Assembly: GCA_002189035.1 (NCBI GenBank)
Contig: NEEC01000004.1
Coordinates: 496,001-560,000, forward strand
Reading direction: 5' to 3'
Source of the DNA: Utricularia gibba
Taxonomy: Eukaryota > Plantae > Magnoliophyta
DNA length: 64,000 bases
How positions within the stretch are numbered: the stretch's first letter is position 1; every line of letters begins with the position of its first letter. The notes under the pieces were generated by a model. The model saw nothing but the letters and a program-made list of their open reading frames with translations, did not search any database and was not told the DNA's origin. The translations under genes were made by a program, and so were the position numbers. Positions 27,501-39,335 of this stretch are shown piece after piece.

Positions 27501-30125
27501 CGTGTGTTGTGTGTGTTTTAAGATTGGCCACAACAATTTTGTGGGTAGGTTCTGCATTTGTATTATTTTATTGGAGAGTCCTTCCTGCCCCTGAATACTA
27601 TGCATTCTTGCCTATTTCTTTAATTTTTTACCTTCACAGGCATTGCGGATGATTTTACAGTTGGGTGTGAAACCCTCATGGTTTGACACCTATAGCACAG
27701 CCTTGGATGAGGCACAGATAAATGTACCTAGAACCCCAGCCATTGGGGATCTTCGGGGTTTCATGATAGAGCCACTGTGTGTTGGTGACTCTGGTGTTCC
27801 GGAGATGCTACTTAAAGTGTTAGAACCATACAGAAAAGATGGTATGCCTCTCCTTTTAGAAATGTGAATCATTCCTTTTCAAAAAAGTTGAAAGCCACTT
27901 TCTTCCAAATATGCCAAGGTTGTCTGCTTGATAATGAGAGAGTCAGGCTGTACGCCGAAGTTGTTAAAAAAAGCTCAACTCTAAGGTTTGCATTTGCGGC
28001 TGCAATCCTTGGTGAGAACTTGGAAGCGCTGTTCTGGCTCCAGTTGCCTAATGCTCTCAGGCACTTGATGAACAGATTAAGTAATAAATTCCCCCAAGGA
28101 ATGTCGCATTCAATGCAGACTCCTCAAATTGACGAGGCATCTTTATTAACTAGAATATCTTCAAAGGGAAAAGCAGTATTTGGATCCAAGAAAAAAGATG
28201 TGGTGGGTGAATTTTTAGATGAAGTTCACATTTTTACCTTGTGATGCTTAATTGGCTGAAATTCATATTTGGTTCTTGACATGTAATGTACTCATTGCAG
28301 GTGAGGCTTTTTGCTTTTTTTTTTTTCTGAAATGATCTCTTTCCTGTCAGGTTAATGGCCTACTCAGAGTAATGGCTTTTGACCAAGGAGAAATTTGGGA
28401 ATGTGCTAATGAGCGTATTAATTGGCATGAAAAGTTGGAGGATGAAGAAGCAATTCAAAATCGCGTGCATGAGTATGTCAATTCAAAATCGCGTGCATGA
28501 GTATGTCTTTTTTTCTGAATTTATTCGCATATTTCATATTATGTTTAGCGTCATCTGCACGGCCATATATATTTGGTTTTAATTTTCTCATAGTTGGATT
28601 AGAAAACCACCGGGATTTTTAATGGATAAAAGAAATGACACTTCTAGCAGCTGGCAATTGCTTTTCTTTCCCGACCTTCATTTCTGGAGTTGTACCAGGA
28701 TATACAAGAAGCATTTTTAAAAAATGTAATTGTGAATCATATCCAGTATTCTAAATTGTAATTATTCTTATCATTGAAAAACTAAATTAATGTGTATTTA
28801 TTCTTTCTACATTAGAGATGATTTTTTATGGATGGTATGATTGTCGAACTAATCTTTGTTTTGGCCTAAAACTTTTAAACAAGCATAGTTGTATAAAACC
28901 ATGGCACGAACATATCTACATGCATATACGAGCAAATCCATTTCTAGCCTCTAACTGTATATTCATCATGAGCAGTCTCGTTTCAGTTGGGAATTTGGAG
29001 GCGGCTGTTAATTTGCTTCTATCAACTTCGCCTGAGAGTTCTTATTTTTATGCAAATGCTCTGCGTGCTGTTGCTCTTTCATCTGCTGTCTCTTCGTCCC
29101 TTCTTGAACTAGCTGTGAAGGTGCGTGCTGATTTGTTATTCAGTGCTGCTAGTTTTTCTAACACATCATTCACTATTCACTGTCCACATATAGGTTGTCG
29201 CAGCCAACATGGTGAGAAATGACAGGTCAATGTCAGGCACTCACCTCCTCTGTGCAGTAGGAAGATATCAGGAAGCTTGTTCTCAGGTTAAGTTCCTCCT
29301 TGTTTTTTTTGTCAAGCGAAAAGTATCATGCATGCAATTTCATGACAATGCAAGCCAAAACCATCACGTGGAAAAGGTTATGATGAGCATTTCTACCGTC
29401 AATGCATCATTTTTTTTCCGTCATGTGGACTGCAGGACAGAGATCTCTTGATGAGTCGAGAATTCTAATTGTAATGCTTGCTTATTCTTTTGTTTCTCTA
29501 AATCTCGCATATAGTTACAAGATGCTGGATGCTGGACTGATGCTGCGACTTTAGCTGCAACGCACCTAAAAGGCTCTGATTATGCAAGGTTTTCCCCACT
29601 GAATCTCCATCATTTACGTTACCAGTATTGCCTTCCTTTTCAGTGACATGATTATCCCATCCTGTCGAGTGGTTTCCTACAGGGTGCTACAAAGGTGGGC
29701 CGAACATGTTCTTCATACAGAACACAATATCTGGAGGTAACAACACATCCAAATAATCTTCACAACGCAGTGCTCCCACCCAACCCTCCCCAAATTACCT
29801 CATTCCTAACAACGCCCGCGAATGCAGAGCCTTGATACTATACGTCGCGGCTGGTGCAATGCAAGAGGCGTTGGCAGCTCTCCGACAAGCGCAGCTGCCG
29901 GACACAGCTGCCATGTTCGTGGTTGCTTGCCGTGAAGTTCATTCCGAGTATGCTTCTCACATGGAATCTGAAGAAGATGCAGCGTACTTGAAGAGTAAGC
30001 TGTCAAGCTTCCCCGGGTTCAACTCCCTAGATGAAGAGGATGTTGCGGTGACAGAATTCTTTGGCCAGTACCAAAGAAAATTGGTGCATCTTTGCATGGA
30101 CTTCCAGCCTTACCCTGACAGCTGA
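21546..30125 (+). CDS. WDR11: WD repeat-containing protein 11 homolog, about 20 exons
   Basis: MAIPRPP...WECMLPGPPSKSNGGSAD, LLLAVGDRHGRIALLDF, RHFCALGLKGFLLSV, QKPERAPIRALRASSSGRY, VHGRRIRDFRPKWP and C-terminal FFGQYQRKLVHLCMD. One -1 frameshift at 24435-24437. Confidence 0.88.
28451..28506 (+). repeat. Perfect 28-bp tandem duplication spanning a WDR11 exon end and its splice donor
   Basis: CAATTCAAAATCGCGTGCATGAGTATGT occurs at 28451-28478 and again at 28479-28506. Confidence 0.97.
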
Positions 30126-30444
30126 TGCTTCCTCGTTCAACTAGGAAACACATCAGAAATAATCATCTTAAGTTTTTGTGAGGGATGAATGGATATACAG
30201 TGTTTCCTGATTCACTTTCATGAGCTTTTGGCACGTGATTATTATTATTATCGCAATTTTTTAAAAAAAAAAAAAAACAGAAACAAACAAATATTGCCCA
30301 TGGAATGGAAGTACAAAAGATGACCAGAAAACTACAAGAATTTGGGAAGCTTTGGAGTTTGGAGTTGAGATTGAGGGTGTGGCCTACTACTGCCTACTGC
30401 TACTGGAAATGATAAGCAAGTACTTGAGCTGAATTTGTGTTTGT

Positions 30445-31062
30445 TCATGAAGGTGAACCCAGTCCGTTCTTCATCATCTCTTTGAATTCATCAAAGCTCA
30501 CCATTCCATCTCCATCCGCATCCACTTTTCTGATCATTTCCTGACAGTTCTCCACTGCTTTCCCTTCCGTGAATCCCAGTGAGCAGAGCGCCGTTCCCAG
30601 TTCCTCTACGGTTATCCTCCCATCTCCGTTGCCATCAAAAACGTCAAACGCTCGCTTGAGATCTCCATCTTCCACGGGACCCCCGTTTTTCGCAGATGAG
30701 ATGGAGTCGAAGAGTGAGCTGAACTCGCGGAAATCGATCAACCCATCTCCATTAGAGTCCGCATTCATCATCATTTCATCCAACTCTTCCTCCCCACTCC
30801 AAATCCCCATCTTCTTCAGCGATTTCTCCAACTCCCGCCTCGTTATGTACCCGTCGGCGTCCTCATCAAAGGCGGCGAAAATGGATCTGAGTTCCTCCGT
30901 TCCCCCGCCGGAGACGGCGTCACGGGGTGTACCCTGAGGTGGGTTCTCCTGGGCTTTCGCAGCTCGAAGCCATGAACCGAGAATCCTCCTCGTCGGATGG
31001 ATCGTCGTGAAAATCAGGCCAATTACGAAGAAGAGAAAGGGAGAAAACAGGAGCGCAATCAT
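30445..31062 (-). CDS. Calmodulin-like protein (4 EF-hands) with hydrophobic N-terminal signal anchor, intronless
   Basis: EF loops DEDADGYITRRE, DSNGDGLIDFRE, DGNGDGRITVEE and DADGDGMVSFDE. N-terminus MIALLFSPFLFFVIGLIFTTIHP from ATG 31062. Confidence 0.9.
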   Translation of the reverse strand: MIALLFSPFLFFVIGLIFTTIHPTRRILGSWLRAAKAQENPPQGTPRDAVSGGGTEELRSIFAAFDEDADGYITRRELEKSLKKMGIWSGEEELDEMMMNADSNGDGLIDFREFSSLFDSISSAKNGGPVEDGDLKRAFDVFDGNGDGRITVEELGTALCSLGFTEGKAVENCQEMIRKVDADGDGMVSFDEFKEMMKNGLGSPS

Positions 31063-31884
31063 TTCCTCTCTTCCACAACTTGTGGGAGACCAGCGACCAG
31101 ACCAAGCTAATAATTCAATTCCGGCGTGGCTGACGGGCTGAATAGTTGGGTAGGATGGATCCCATAAACCGCGTTGGTTGGAGGGAAGCCGAAAGCCATT
31201 CACAAAAGCATCTCCAATCATTCATTGCTTGCACATTATTTCATTGCCAGGCCATAGAGCACTCCACCGATAAAAAAAATTTTTAAAAAATTTAAACCGG
31301 TTTCGGACCAGCAAAACCGTTCAGGGCTTCGTTACTACCATGGGCCCAGGATTCAAACAATAGATTAAAAAGGAAAGAACCTGCTCAAAGCCCATAGGCT
31401 CAACTTAGTCTATAAAAAATATTAAATTTTCAATGAATTAATACTTTATTTGTAATTAATTTATTCCATCAAAAACATTGGTTGCTGGCAATATATTGAT
31501 AACTATTAAATTGTAGATTTTCTAATAGTTTTGATGATGAGCATACAACTTGTTTGAAAAACTTGTCATTCATCTAATTACAAATAACTCAAAATCGACA
31601 TTCCACATAGATTTTTAGAGTTTTTGTTTTTAATTTTTGTTATCGTTTTGTATATAAAAATATATGAAGATTCTCAATTCTCTAATTGATTTCATTGATA
31701 AAGTAATGTAACATCATACAACCATTCCAAAATTTGTTGATTTTAACCTTTTCGGAATGATTTATAGTTCATATGGATGAGCTAAAAGATCGTAATTTCA
31801 ATGCTATTGATAATATGACATATGGCTGACTACAAAAATGAAAAATTTTTGTTTTTCCCACTACACGTAACCCGACACTACCCG

Positions 31885-31974
31885 CCTCTATGCCTCTCAT
31901 CTCACATACTCCCTTCTCATTTTGCTCCACCTCTATGCCTCTTATCTCACATACTCCCTTCTCATTTTGCTGCC
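31885..31974. repeat. Two-copy 45-bp tandem repeat, intergenic
   Basis: CCTCTATGCCTCT(C/T)ATCTCACATACTCCCTTCTCATTTTGCT.. at 31885 and 31930. Confidence 0.9.
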
Positions 31975-32730
31975 ATACATCATATAGGACACATATATTT
32001 GCAACTCATAACTTTTCATTTTATGCCAGTATCTATCTTGATTGATCATCTTCTTAACTCATAGCAATTCCTTATAAGTGTTCACTTAGTGTTTGAAGTT
32101 CTATTGCCACATCATCCCTTATCTTTTCATCTCACTAATAGTTGTCTCTTTTATTTATGATCATTTGGTATAACTTTGAAAACTTTTTCATTAGCCACCT
32201 CCCTGCAATACATTTATCATATCAGAATCTGATTTTATCTCCATTCCCCACCTCCTATTATTGATGGGTTCAATTATTGATTTTCAATATGAACCTAAGA
32301 ATTTAATGAAATCTGTAAAATTCAAAAAAAAACTAAAATTGAATAAAAAAATAAACCATGCTTAATTAGAAAATATACCTCCTTTGAAGTATTATATAAA
32401 ACACTCATTTTTTGAAAAACACTCTCACCAAATAAGTGCATAAACTAATTCCATTCTCGTAAAATTAATTCTATCTTCGTATAATTTATACATTCATAAG
32501 GTAGCTTTTGTGAAGGGTGGATGAATGAAGGAGGACATGAGTGCTTTCTTTATAACGTAAAGGGAGGGGAGGGGGAGGGTGGGGCGATCATGGTATCACA
32601 TCGTGCACATAAATGCCTACCTTTTTGACCCACTGCATCTTTTCAGATTTCCAAATTTTACCCACAACCCCATTCAGTAAATCGCTCAAACCCTCATCAA
32701 AGAATATGCTAAGGGGACAGCAGGCTACTC

Positions 32731-32749
32731 TGTGTGTGTGTGTGTGTGT
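32731..32749. repeat. (TG)n microsatellite
   Basis: About nine TG units read directly. Confidence 0.9.
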
Positions 32750-34087
32750 TCAATCTCACAATGAACGCGTTACGACCAGATGGAGCAAACCAGACATTCA
32801 TCTGATCAGACCTGACCTTGAATTAGGGTTAGTTAGGACATGATCTTCAAGGGCTTCACTGCAACCAAGAAGGAAGTGATACATTTAGGGTTCCAGAGGA
32901 GACAAATGATAATTTTTGTTGAAAAAACTGAACATAAGCAGAATAAAAATTACATCTTATTGAAAAAAAAGTGGAGGAAAAGGAAGTCCAAATTCAAAAG
33001 TTGTGTGCTTCTCTGTCACTTGGTGAAAACCCTAGTTATCTCATTAAAAAAAAAATAATTTGGGACCTTTATGTCTTGATCCTAAACCCTAGTCCTCCTA
33101 ATGAAGTATTTGATGATCCACGATGAGGTAATCATGTGATCATCCAGGATAATTGCAATTAGGGTCAAATGACGATAATACCCGTGGGGTATACCCATGC
33201 TTAGACAGAATTACCCCTACCTCAAATCCACCACATTCCGCCACACTAGCATGTGGACAAAAGTGTTGCTGGTCCGTGTGGCTGTGGGTGCCTACGTTTC
33301 TTAGTGGGGGATGGTGGATTTGACCCAAATGCCCCTTGGAAACGAGCCAGGGAACGGGTGTTGTGTGAGGGAGAGTAATGGAATTTCAAGATGGGGGGGC
33401 GTGGTGGTTGAATAAGAGAGGAGCAAATGCAAACATGGTGGTCCATCTAACATGTCATCTACCCAATAACATGACTCATAATTTTTGGACACATACATAA
33501 TTGCATGTCACATGAGAAAAAGAAGAAAAAAAACAATTACTATTACCTTTTCAATAAGATTTAATTAAACAAAGCACACACACAATGTACATTTTGTGTG
33601 GGATGCCATTGTGTCTTCATATTCCATGTTCAATCAATCCAATGGGTCTTATTACTTTTTGGGAATTGGGGTTTGGGATCCATTGAAGAATGGATCTTTC
33701 ATCTGATTGGATCCGACCCGGATTCTGCGTTCTTAAGCATGGACCCTGAGATGAGATTGATTAGGGTTTAGAATTGGTGTTCTAATGGCGAATCGAGCAG
33801 CCACTGATGATCGATCATTCAAAAGCATGGGATCGACAAGAAGAAGAGTAAGTAAGAAAAAAATCCCTTCTTTCTTAGTCTTCTTCCATGTGCGGAAATG
33901 AGATCGACAAATATCCATTCCTTTTTGCATATATACGGAGATTGGGAAAAAGAATGATGAAGGATGGGAAGAAAGAAAAAGGGATTTGGGATCTGGGAAT
34001 CGGATTGATGATGCCCAAAATAAGGAAAGTTTCACCAGATCTGGATAAAAACCTGAAGCGACGAATCACCCTGCCCCTGGCCTGGCC

Positions 34088-34202
34088 TGACCTTCTCCTT
34101 GTCATCCCACAGCTTTATTGAACCGCAGAAGGGAGGGACCTCTTGGTCCCCGGGGGATCCGTACATCTGCAGTTCAAGAAAGCTGTGGAAGAATAAGAAG
34201 AT
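34088..34202 (-). ncRNA. MIR396: MIR396 precursor hairpin
   Basis: Minus strand 34190-34170 reads TTCCACAGCTTTCTTGAACTG, the canonical miR396a-5p. Minus strand 34123-34103 reads GTTCAATAAAGCTGTGGGATG, the 3p/star arm, and it pairs with the 5p arm across a loop of about 45 nt. Confidence 0.97.
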
Positions 34203-34433
34203 GGCCACTTCTCTCAACACCAACAACAACCAAGAAAAGAAAAAAGAAAAACCCTATTGGCTTCTCCTTCACTTGTTCCAAAGAAAATGGCATCAGAACA
34301 GCCGTACACACAGACACACACTCATCAGCCGCTTCCGTGCGCGTTTAATAATGCATAGTGAGAATTGGAAGAGAAGGGGGAAGAAGGGTGGCGTAGTAGG
34401 TTATGGAGGAGGGCTGAGCAGGCGGGGGAGTGG

Positions 34434-34441
34434 ATTTATAG
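34434..34441 (-). promoter_or_regulatory. Candidate TATA box of pri-MIR396
   Basis: CTATAAAT on the minus strand, followed by a pyrimidine-rich leader about 240 nt 5' of the miRNA. Confidence 0.6.
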
Positions 34442-35797
34442 GAGCAGAGAAGCCGTGGCCACTGGCCACCAATCCCGAGAGGAATATCGGCGGCCTATTC
34501 ATTCATTTCATTTCATTTCAAAAGCTGGCACCCCCATTTCTTTCCTTCCAACCCCAAAGCCGTAAATATCGTACATCATGGTAACTAATTGCAAATAAAA
34601 TATGATTTATATATAAAGTAGGAATATATATCATTGCCTCCTTTAATAAACAAATCTTAACATCAAATTCAGTGCGGTTCACAAAATGTGGGACACGAAC
34701 CGTCGTCGGGTCACATGGACAACCCGTTGGGTCGCGGATCCATGCCATTGGAAAGCTAAAATGAATGCGCATTTGGGAAGTGTGCGACCCGATCCACATG
34801 GGAGACATGTGAAAGTGGGTGCCTCCTCCTCATTTCAGAACAGCATCCCGCACCCGCAGTCCGAAATTAGAACGAGCTGAAGCCTGCAGCGAAAATGAGG
34901 AAGCTTGTTGAATTAATGACTGAGTGGAGGAGACGACAGGCCCTTGAATGTGGTGTTAATGAGGGGGCGGGGCGAGACCACCTGCTCATGGCTCGCCACT
35001 CCGGCTCGACACTGGTGCGGAGTTGGGGTAGCTGGCTAGCTCAAGTCTACCAGTTGGGGTCAGGATGGTTAAAAGATTCTAAAAAACCAGACCAGGTAGC
35101 TGTAACGCAGCAGCAGAGTGAGAGCGAGTATTTTCGGCCCCTCTCCTCTTCTCCTCTTCTCTGTTGATGTGTCGGGCTCTCATTGCGTCATGGGCTGCTG
35201 CCTCTTCCCGTGTCCTTCTCGTGTCCTCACAAGAGATATTCTTTTTCTTGGTTCGTGCACCCTCGCTTCTTGAAATCTCATCCAACTTCTATACAATTGC
35301 TCACAATATTATAAACTTTGAAGAGAATTTCAGAGATATAATATAATAATATATTTTGATGTGATGATGTATAACTAATTTCGTTGCATCTATTTTTTTA
35401 GTCTTCCAAAAAAACAGAACCAATTATTTTATAAAATACATATATTTCTAAAATATATATATATATTCTATATTATACCTATCATTTCTATTTATTCCTT
35501 CTAGTTTTCTTGCTATTGCGTAATATCATTTACTCCTAAAAAAACTTGAATAAAAAAGCAAATTAATTAAAAAAAAACCCTTATCATCCTAATAAAATAA
35601 TTAATTTTTCAAAATTCGAGCATTGGTCAACATCGGTATTCATCTGGATTGAAAAAATTCTTCTTTTTTTTGTAATATTTGAATTTATGTTATTGATTTT
35701 CAAACTCGGTATCCATCAACCAACTTTTTAAGGCTGCCGGCGGCCGTAGTTATTCAAAGGGCCCCGGTGCCTACTTTTACAAAGGACTAGCTAACTA

Positions 35798-35839
35798 GAC
35801 CGTGGACCATGGACCATGGATCATGGACCGTGGACCATG
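35798..35839. repeat. Six-copy 7-bp tandem array (GACCRTG) containing three GGACCA motifs
   Basis: GACCGTG GACCATG GACCATG GATCATG GACCGTG GACCATG. GGACCA at 35804, 35811 and 35832. Confidence 0.92.
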
Positions 35840-37242
35840 TCCATTTCTTTTTTTTCTAGAGAAAATATATGAATATTTTAAGCAAATGGGCTACACGCAC
35901 TAAACCGTGGGCTGCGTGGTGACGTAATCCTAGCCCTAAGATTTTAGGAATAGTCGGTGAATGCCCAAAAGGCACCCGCGCGTTGGTGGATTTTGAATGG
36001 ACCGGACCTGAAGTCCATATCCAATTTGGTTTTCGAATTTTTTTGGTACCGCCCGCCCCAGAGTAATAAACCTTATCGCCAACCAAATTCAAACCCACCA
36101 ACGCAGAGTAAAAAAAGATTTGATTCAAGGTCCAATTCCAAGCCCAACTCGCTTCTCTCACCGGAGACCTAGATCTGAGAAGCGGGAGATTCGCCGGAGT
36201 TCCTTCTCTGACGGTGGCGCTCATCGGGGTTCGATCTTGTATCTGTTTTCTTTGCCTGGTACGACGAGTTAGGGTTTCTGTGTCGGTGTTTCGAAGATTT
36301 TTTTTTTCATATGGGGCGACGGTCGTTTTCGTGGAATTCCTTTTTTGGGTGAGGGTGTTTTTGCTCTGGGTATCTTTTTGGTGAAATTGGACGATCTGAT
36401 TATCGCCCTCCCATGCTGGTTTTAGTGAGTCGTTTGATGGATCTCGTGTAGGCTTTGGTGTCGGGTTGAGTGAAGTGAGAACGTGCTTCCAGGTTGGACA
36501 ATTTTTTTTCCACTCAAGAGCAGGGATCCTTTCCTCGAGAGTGGCGGTATAACTTCTCTACGTTTCATTATTTAAGTTATCTGGTTTTAAAAGGAGGCTT
36601 CTGGTTCCATGTTCTTTCTTCTGTTCAAGTTTCTGGGCGGCTTTGATTTCGATTTGGGCTTTCAGAAAGTTTCTTCTTCTTGCAGCCCGTTTTCTTTTGT
36701 TTTGGCTTGATCTGTTTTAACCTTCGTCTGTGGTGCAGAAATGTTTATGGATACTCTATTTTCTGGCGTCTCTGGTCCACTAGGTCCAGTAATTAATAAT
36801 AGGCGGACAATCGGTTGTGGGTTGCTTCTGTAAATATGAGACTTAGATGTGGATCGTTGACCTGCTTCTTTTTCGGTTGGGGGTTGGGAGTGGTCCTGAG
36901 AACTTGTTCTTCTTCTGTATTTTGGCCCAATTGCCTCGGACGACTAAAAGTTCTCAGCTTTGAATTGGTTAACCATTAGCCTCTTCCTGCAAACTGCCCG
37001 TCTAGTTATGGGTTTGGCCCGTTGAAAGGGCCTTGATGAGTTGGCCCCTGGACTCATCCAGATGCGCGGCAGTCGGGAATTTTGAGTTTTCTATGAGCGC
37101 GAAATTGTTTTGCGAGTTGTTATATTTGTGGGTTAGGCCTTGTGTGTTTTGAAATCGGTGTCCTTTTACTCTTTCCCGTTGCGAGTTATGATATAACGCG
37201 TGGTGTTTGTGTTTGTGCAGATAATTTTTTGAGTAGTTTGTC

Positions 37243-39335
37243 ATGATGGAGATGGAAAATCCAGAACCTGTTGTTGGGACTGAGCTCGTGGTTGTGATGG
37301 AGGAGACGGATTTCAAGGATGGAGATATGCAACTTGACATCGTGCCCGTGGAAGCACCCAGCCCAGTGGAAACAGCAACACCAATCGGTATGGAAAACGA
37401 AGTTCCAACAAAGCGTAGGAAGAAAAAGTCTGTAGTATGGGAGCATTTTACCATTGAAACTGTTGCTCCTGGAATTCGGAAGGCCTGCTGCAAGCAATGC
37501 AAGCAGTCCTTTGCTTATAGTACTGGGACTAAAGTTGCTGGTACAAGTCATCTCAAGCGTCATATTGCCAAGGGTACATGCCCTGTTGTCCAACGTAATC
37601 AGGAGAAATACCAGATGTCTACATATAGCGCACCTTCAAAGATTGGCATTCGTGCGACAGAGTCAAAGAAACGGTTCCGTACATCCTCTGTGCCATTTCT
37701 CTCCTTTGATGCCGATAGCAGCAGACAAAGATTGCTAAGATGATTATTATGCATGATTATCCTCTCCACATTGTTGAGCATCCCGGGTTTGTGGAATTTA
37801 CTCAGAGTTTACAGCCTCGGTTTGATATGGTGAGCTTCAATACTGTACAGGGAGACTGCGTTGCAACTTACTTGAGGGAGAAACAGAGCATTCAGAAGGT
37901 GATGGAGGGTGTTCCTGGGAGAATCTGTCTCACATTGGATTTGTGGTCTTCTTCTCAAACTAATGGTTACATGTTTGTGACGGGGCAGTTCATTGATAGT
38001 GATTGGAATCTACATCGGAAACTTCTTAACGTAATTATGGAGCCTCATCCAGAATCCGATAATGCTTTCAGCCATGCGGTTGCTGCTTGTCTATCAGACT
38101 GGAATATGGATGGCAAGCTGTTCTCAGTCACTGTTAATCAGCCTCTTGCTGATGGAGCTGTTGACAATCTGAGAGCACTGCTCTCAGTTAAGAATCCCAT
38201 GGTTCTTGGTGGCCAGTTGCTGGTCGGAAATTGCTTGGCTCGTTCCATGAGTAGCATGGTTGAAGAATCCCTAGCTTCGGTTCAGGACATCGTGAAGAAA
38301 GTCCGAGACAGCGTCAAGTACGTCAAAACCTCAGAGTCTCGTGAGGAGAAGTTTACTGAGCTGAAACAGCAGCTCCAAGTACCAAGCTCAAGGAATCTTG
38401 CTATCGACGACAGCGCTCATTGGAATACAACCTATGAAATGCTGCTGGCTGCTTCAGAGCTGAAGCAGGTGTTCTCCTGCTTGGACACCAGGGACCCAGA
38501 TTACAAAGATGCCTTGACAGAAGAGGAGTGGAAGCAAGTAGAAGCTCTCGCTCAGACCTTTCTGGCACCTGTGTTCGAAATGGCGAACCTTTTGGCGTCA
38601 TCAGATGTTCCCACCACGAACACGTTCTTCCACGAAGTCTGGAAGTTTCAGTTGGAGTTGGGACGTGCCGCAGGCAGTGAGGATGCTTTCATAAGCAACC
38701 TGGCGAAGGTCATGCAAGAGAAATTCGACAAGTACTTCAAGAGCTGCTGTTTTATTCTAGCTATTGCCGTTGCCATGGACCCGAGGTTCAAAATGAAACT
38801 GGTTGAGTTCAGTTTCTCAAAGATATATGGTGAAGAAGCTGCTTCCTACGTGAAGGTGGTCGACGATGGGATCCACGAACTCTTCATCGAGTACGTGGCG
38901 CTGCCTCTACCCCTCACTCCTGCGTATGCTGAAGAAGCAAACGGGGATTCTTCCATCAAGACAGAGGACGCCACCGGAACCAAGAGCAATGGTGGATTCC
39001 AGGATTTTGAAGTCTACATCATGGAAACCACCAGTCAACTGGCAAGGTCAGAGCTAGACCAGTACCTGGAGGAGTCACTCTTGCCTCGCGTACCCAACTT
39101 CGACGTGATTGGGTGGTGGAAGCTGAACAAGACCAAGTACCCAACTCTCTCCAAGATGGCTCTGGACATCCTGTCGATCCCGGTTTGCACGGTCCCTCCC
39201 GAATCCGTTTTCGACACGGTGCGCAAGGAAATGGATAGCTACAGGTGCTCCTTGCGGCCGGAGACGGTGGAAGCCCTGGTGTGTGCCAAGGATTGGTTGG
39301 GCAACGCGGGGGGGCCTCAGCAGCCCAGGTACTGA
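37243..39335 (+). CDS. DAYSLEEPER: DAYSLEEPER-like domesticated hAT transposase (BED zinc finger + hAT dimerisation domain)
   Basis: RRKKKSVVWEHF..CKQC..GTSHLKRH (BED), MIIMHDYPLHIVEHPGF, MDPRFKMKLVEFSFSKI, ELDQYLEE and YPTLSKMALDILSIP..LRPETVEAL. No coding introns and no TIRs found. One -1 frameshift at about 37727. Confidence 0.88.

Noticed and set aside
33677-33696. Perfect 8-bp hairpin GATCCATT-GAAG-AATGGATC downstream of MIR396
   Set aside because: Too short to distinguish from chance, and no extended stem or known miRNA match.
35190-35212. 12-nt match (CTGCCTCTTCCC) to miR408
   Set aside because: The flanks do not match the mature sequence and no convincing star arm was found.
31885-35839. 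Tandem repeats as CRISPR-like arrays
   Set aside because: The units are contiguous with no unique spacers, the context is eukaryotic, and there are no cas genes.
37700-37760. Programmed ribosomal frameshifting at this and the other frameshift sites
   Set aside because: No shared slippery heptamer or downstream structure was seen, and the sites are scattered across unrelated genes at base runs. Sequencing error is simpler.
37243-39335. Autonomous hAT transposon
   Set aside because: No TIRs or 8-bp TSD, degenerate catalytic motifs, and strong resemblance to the host gene DAYSLEEPER.
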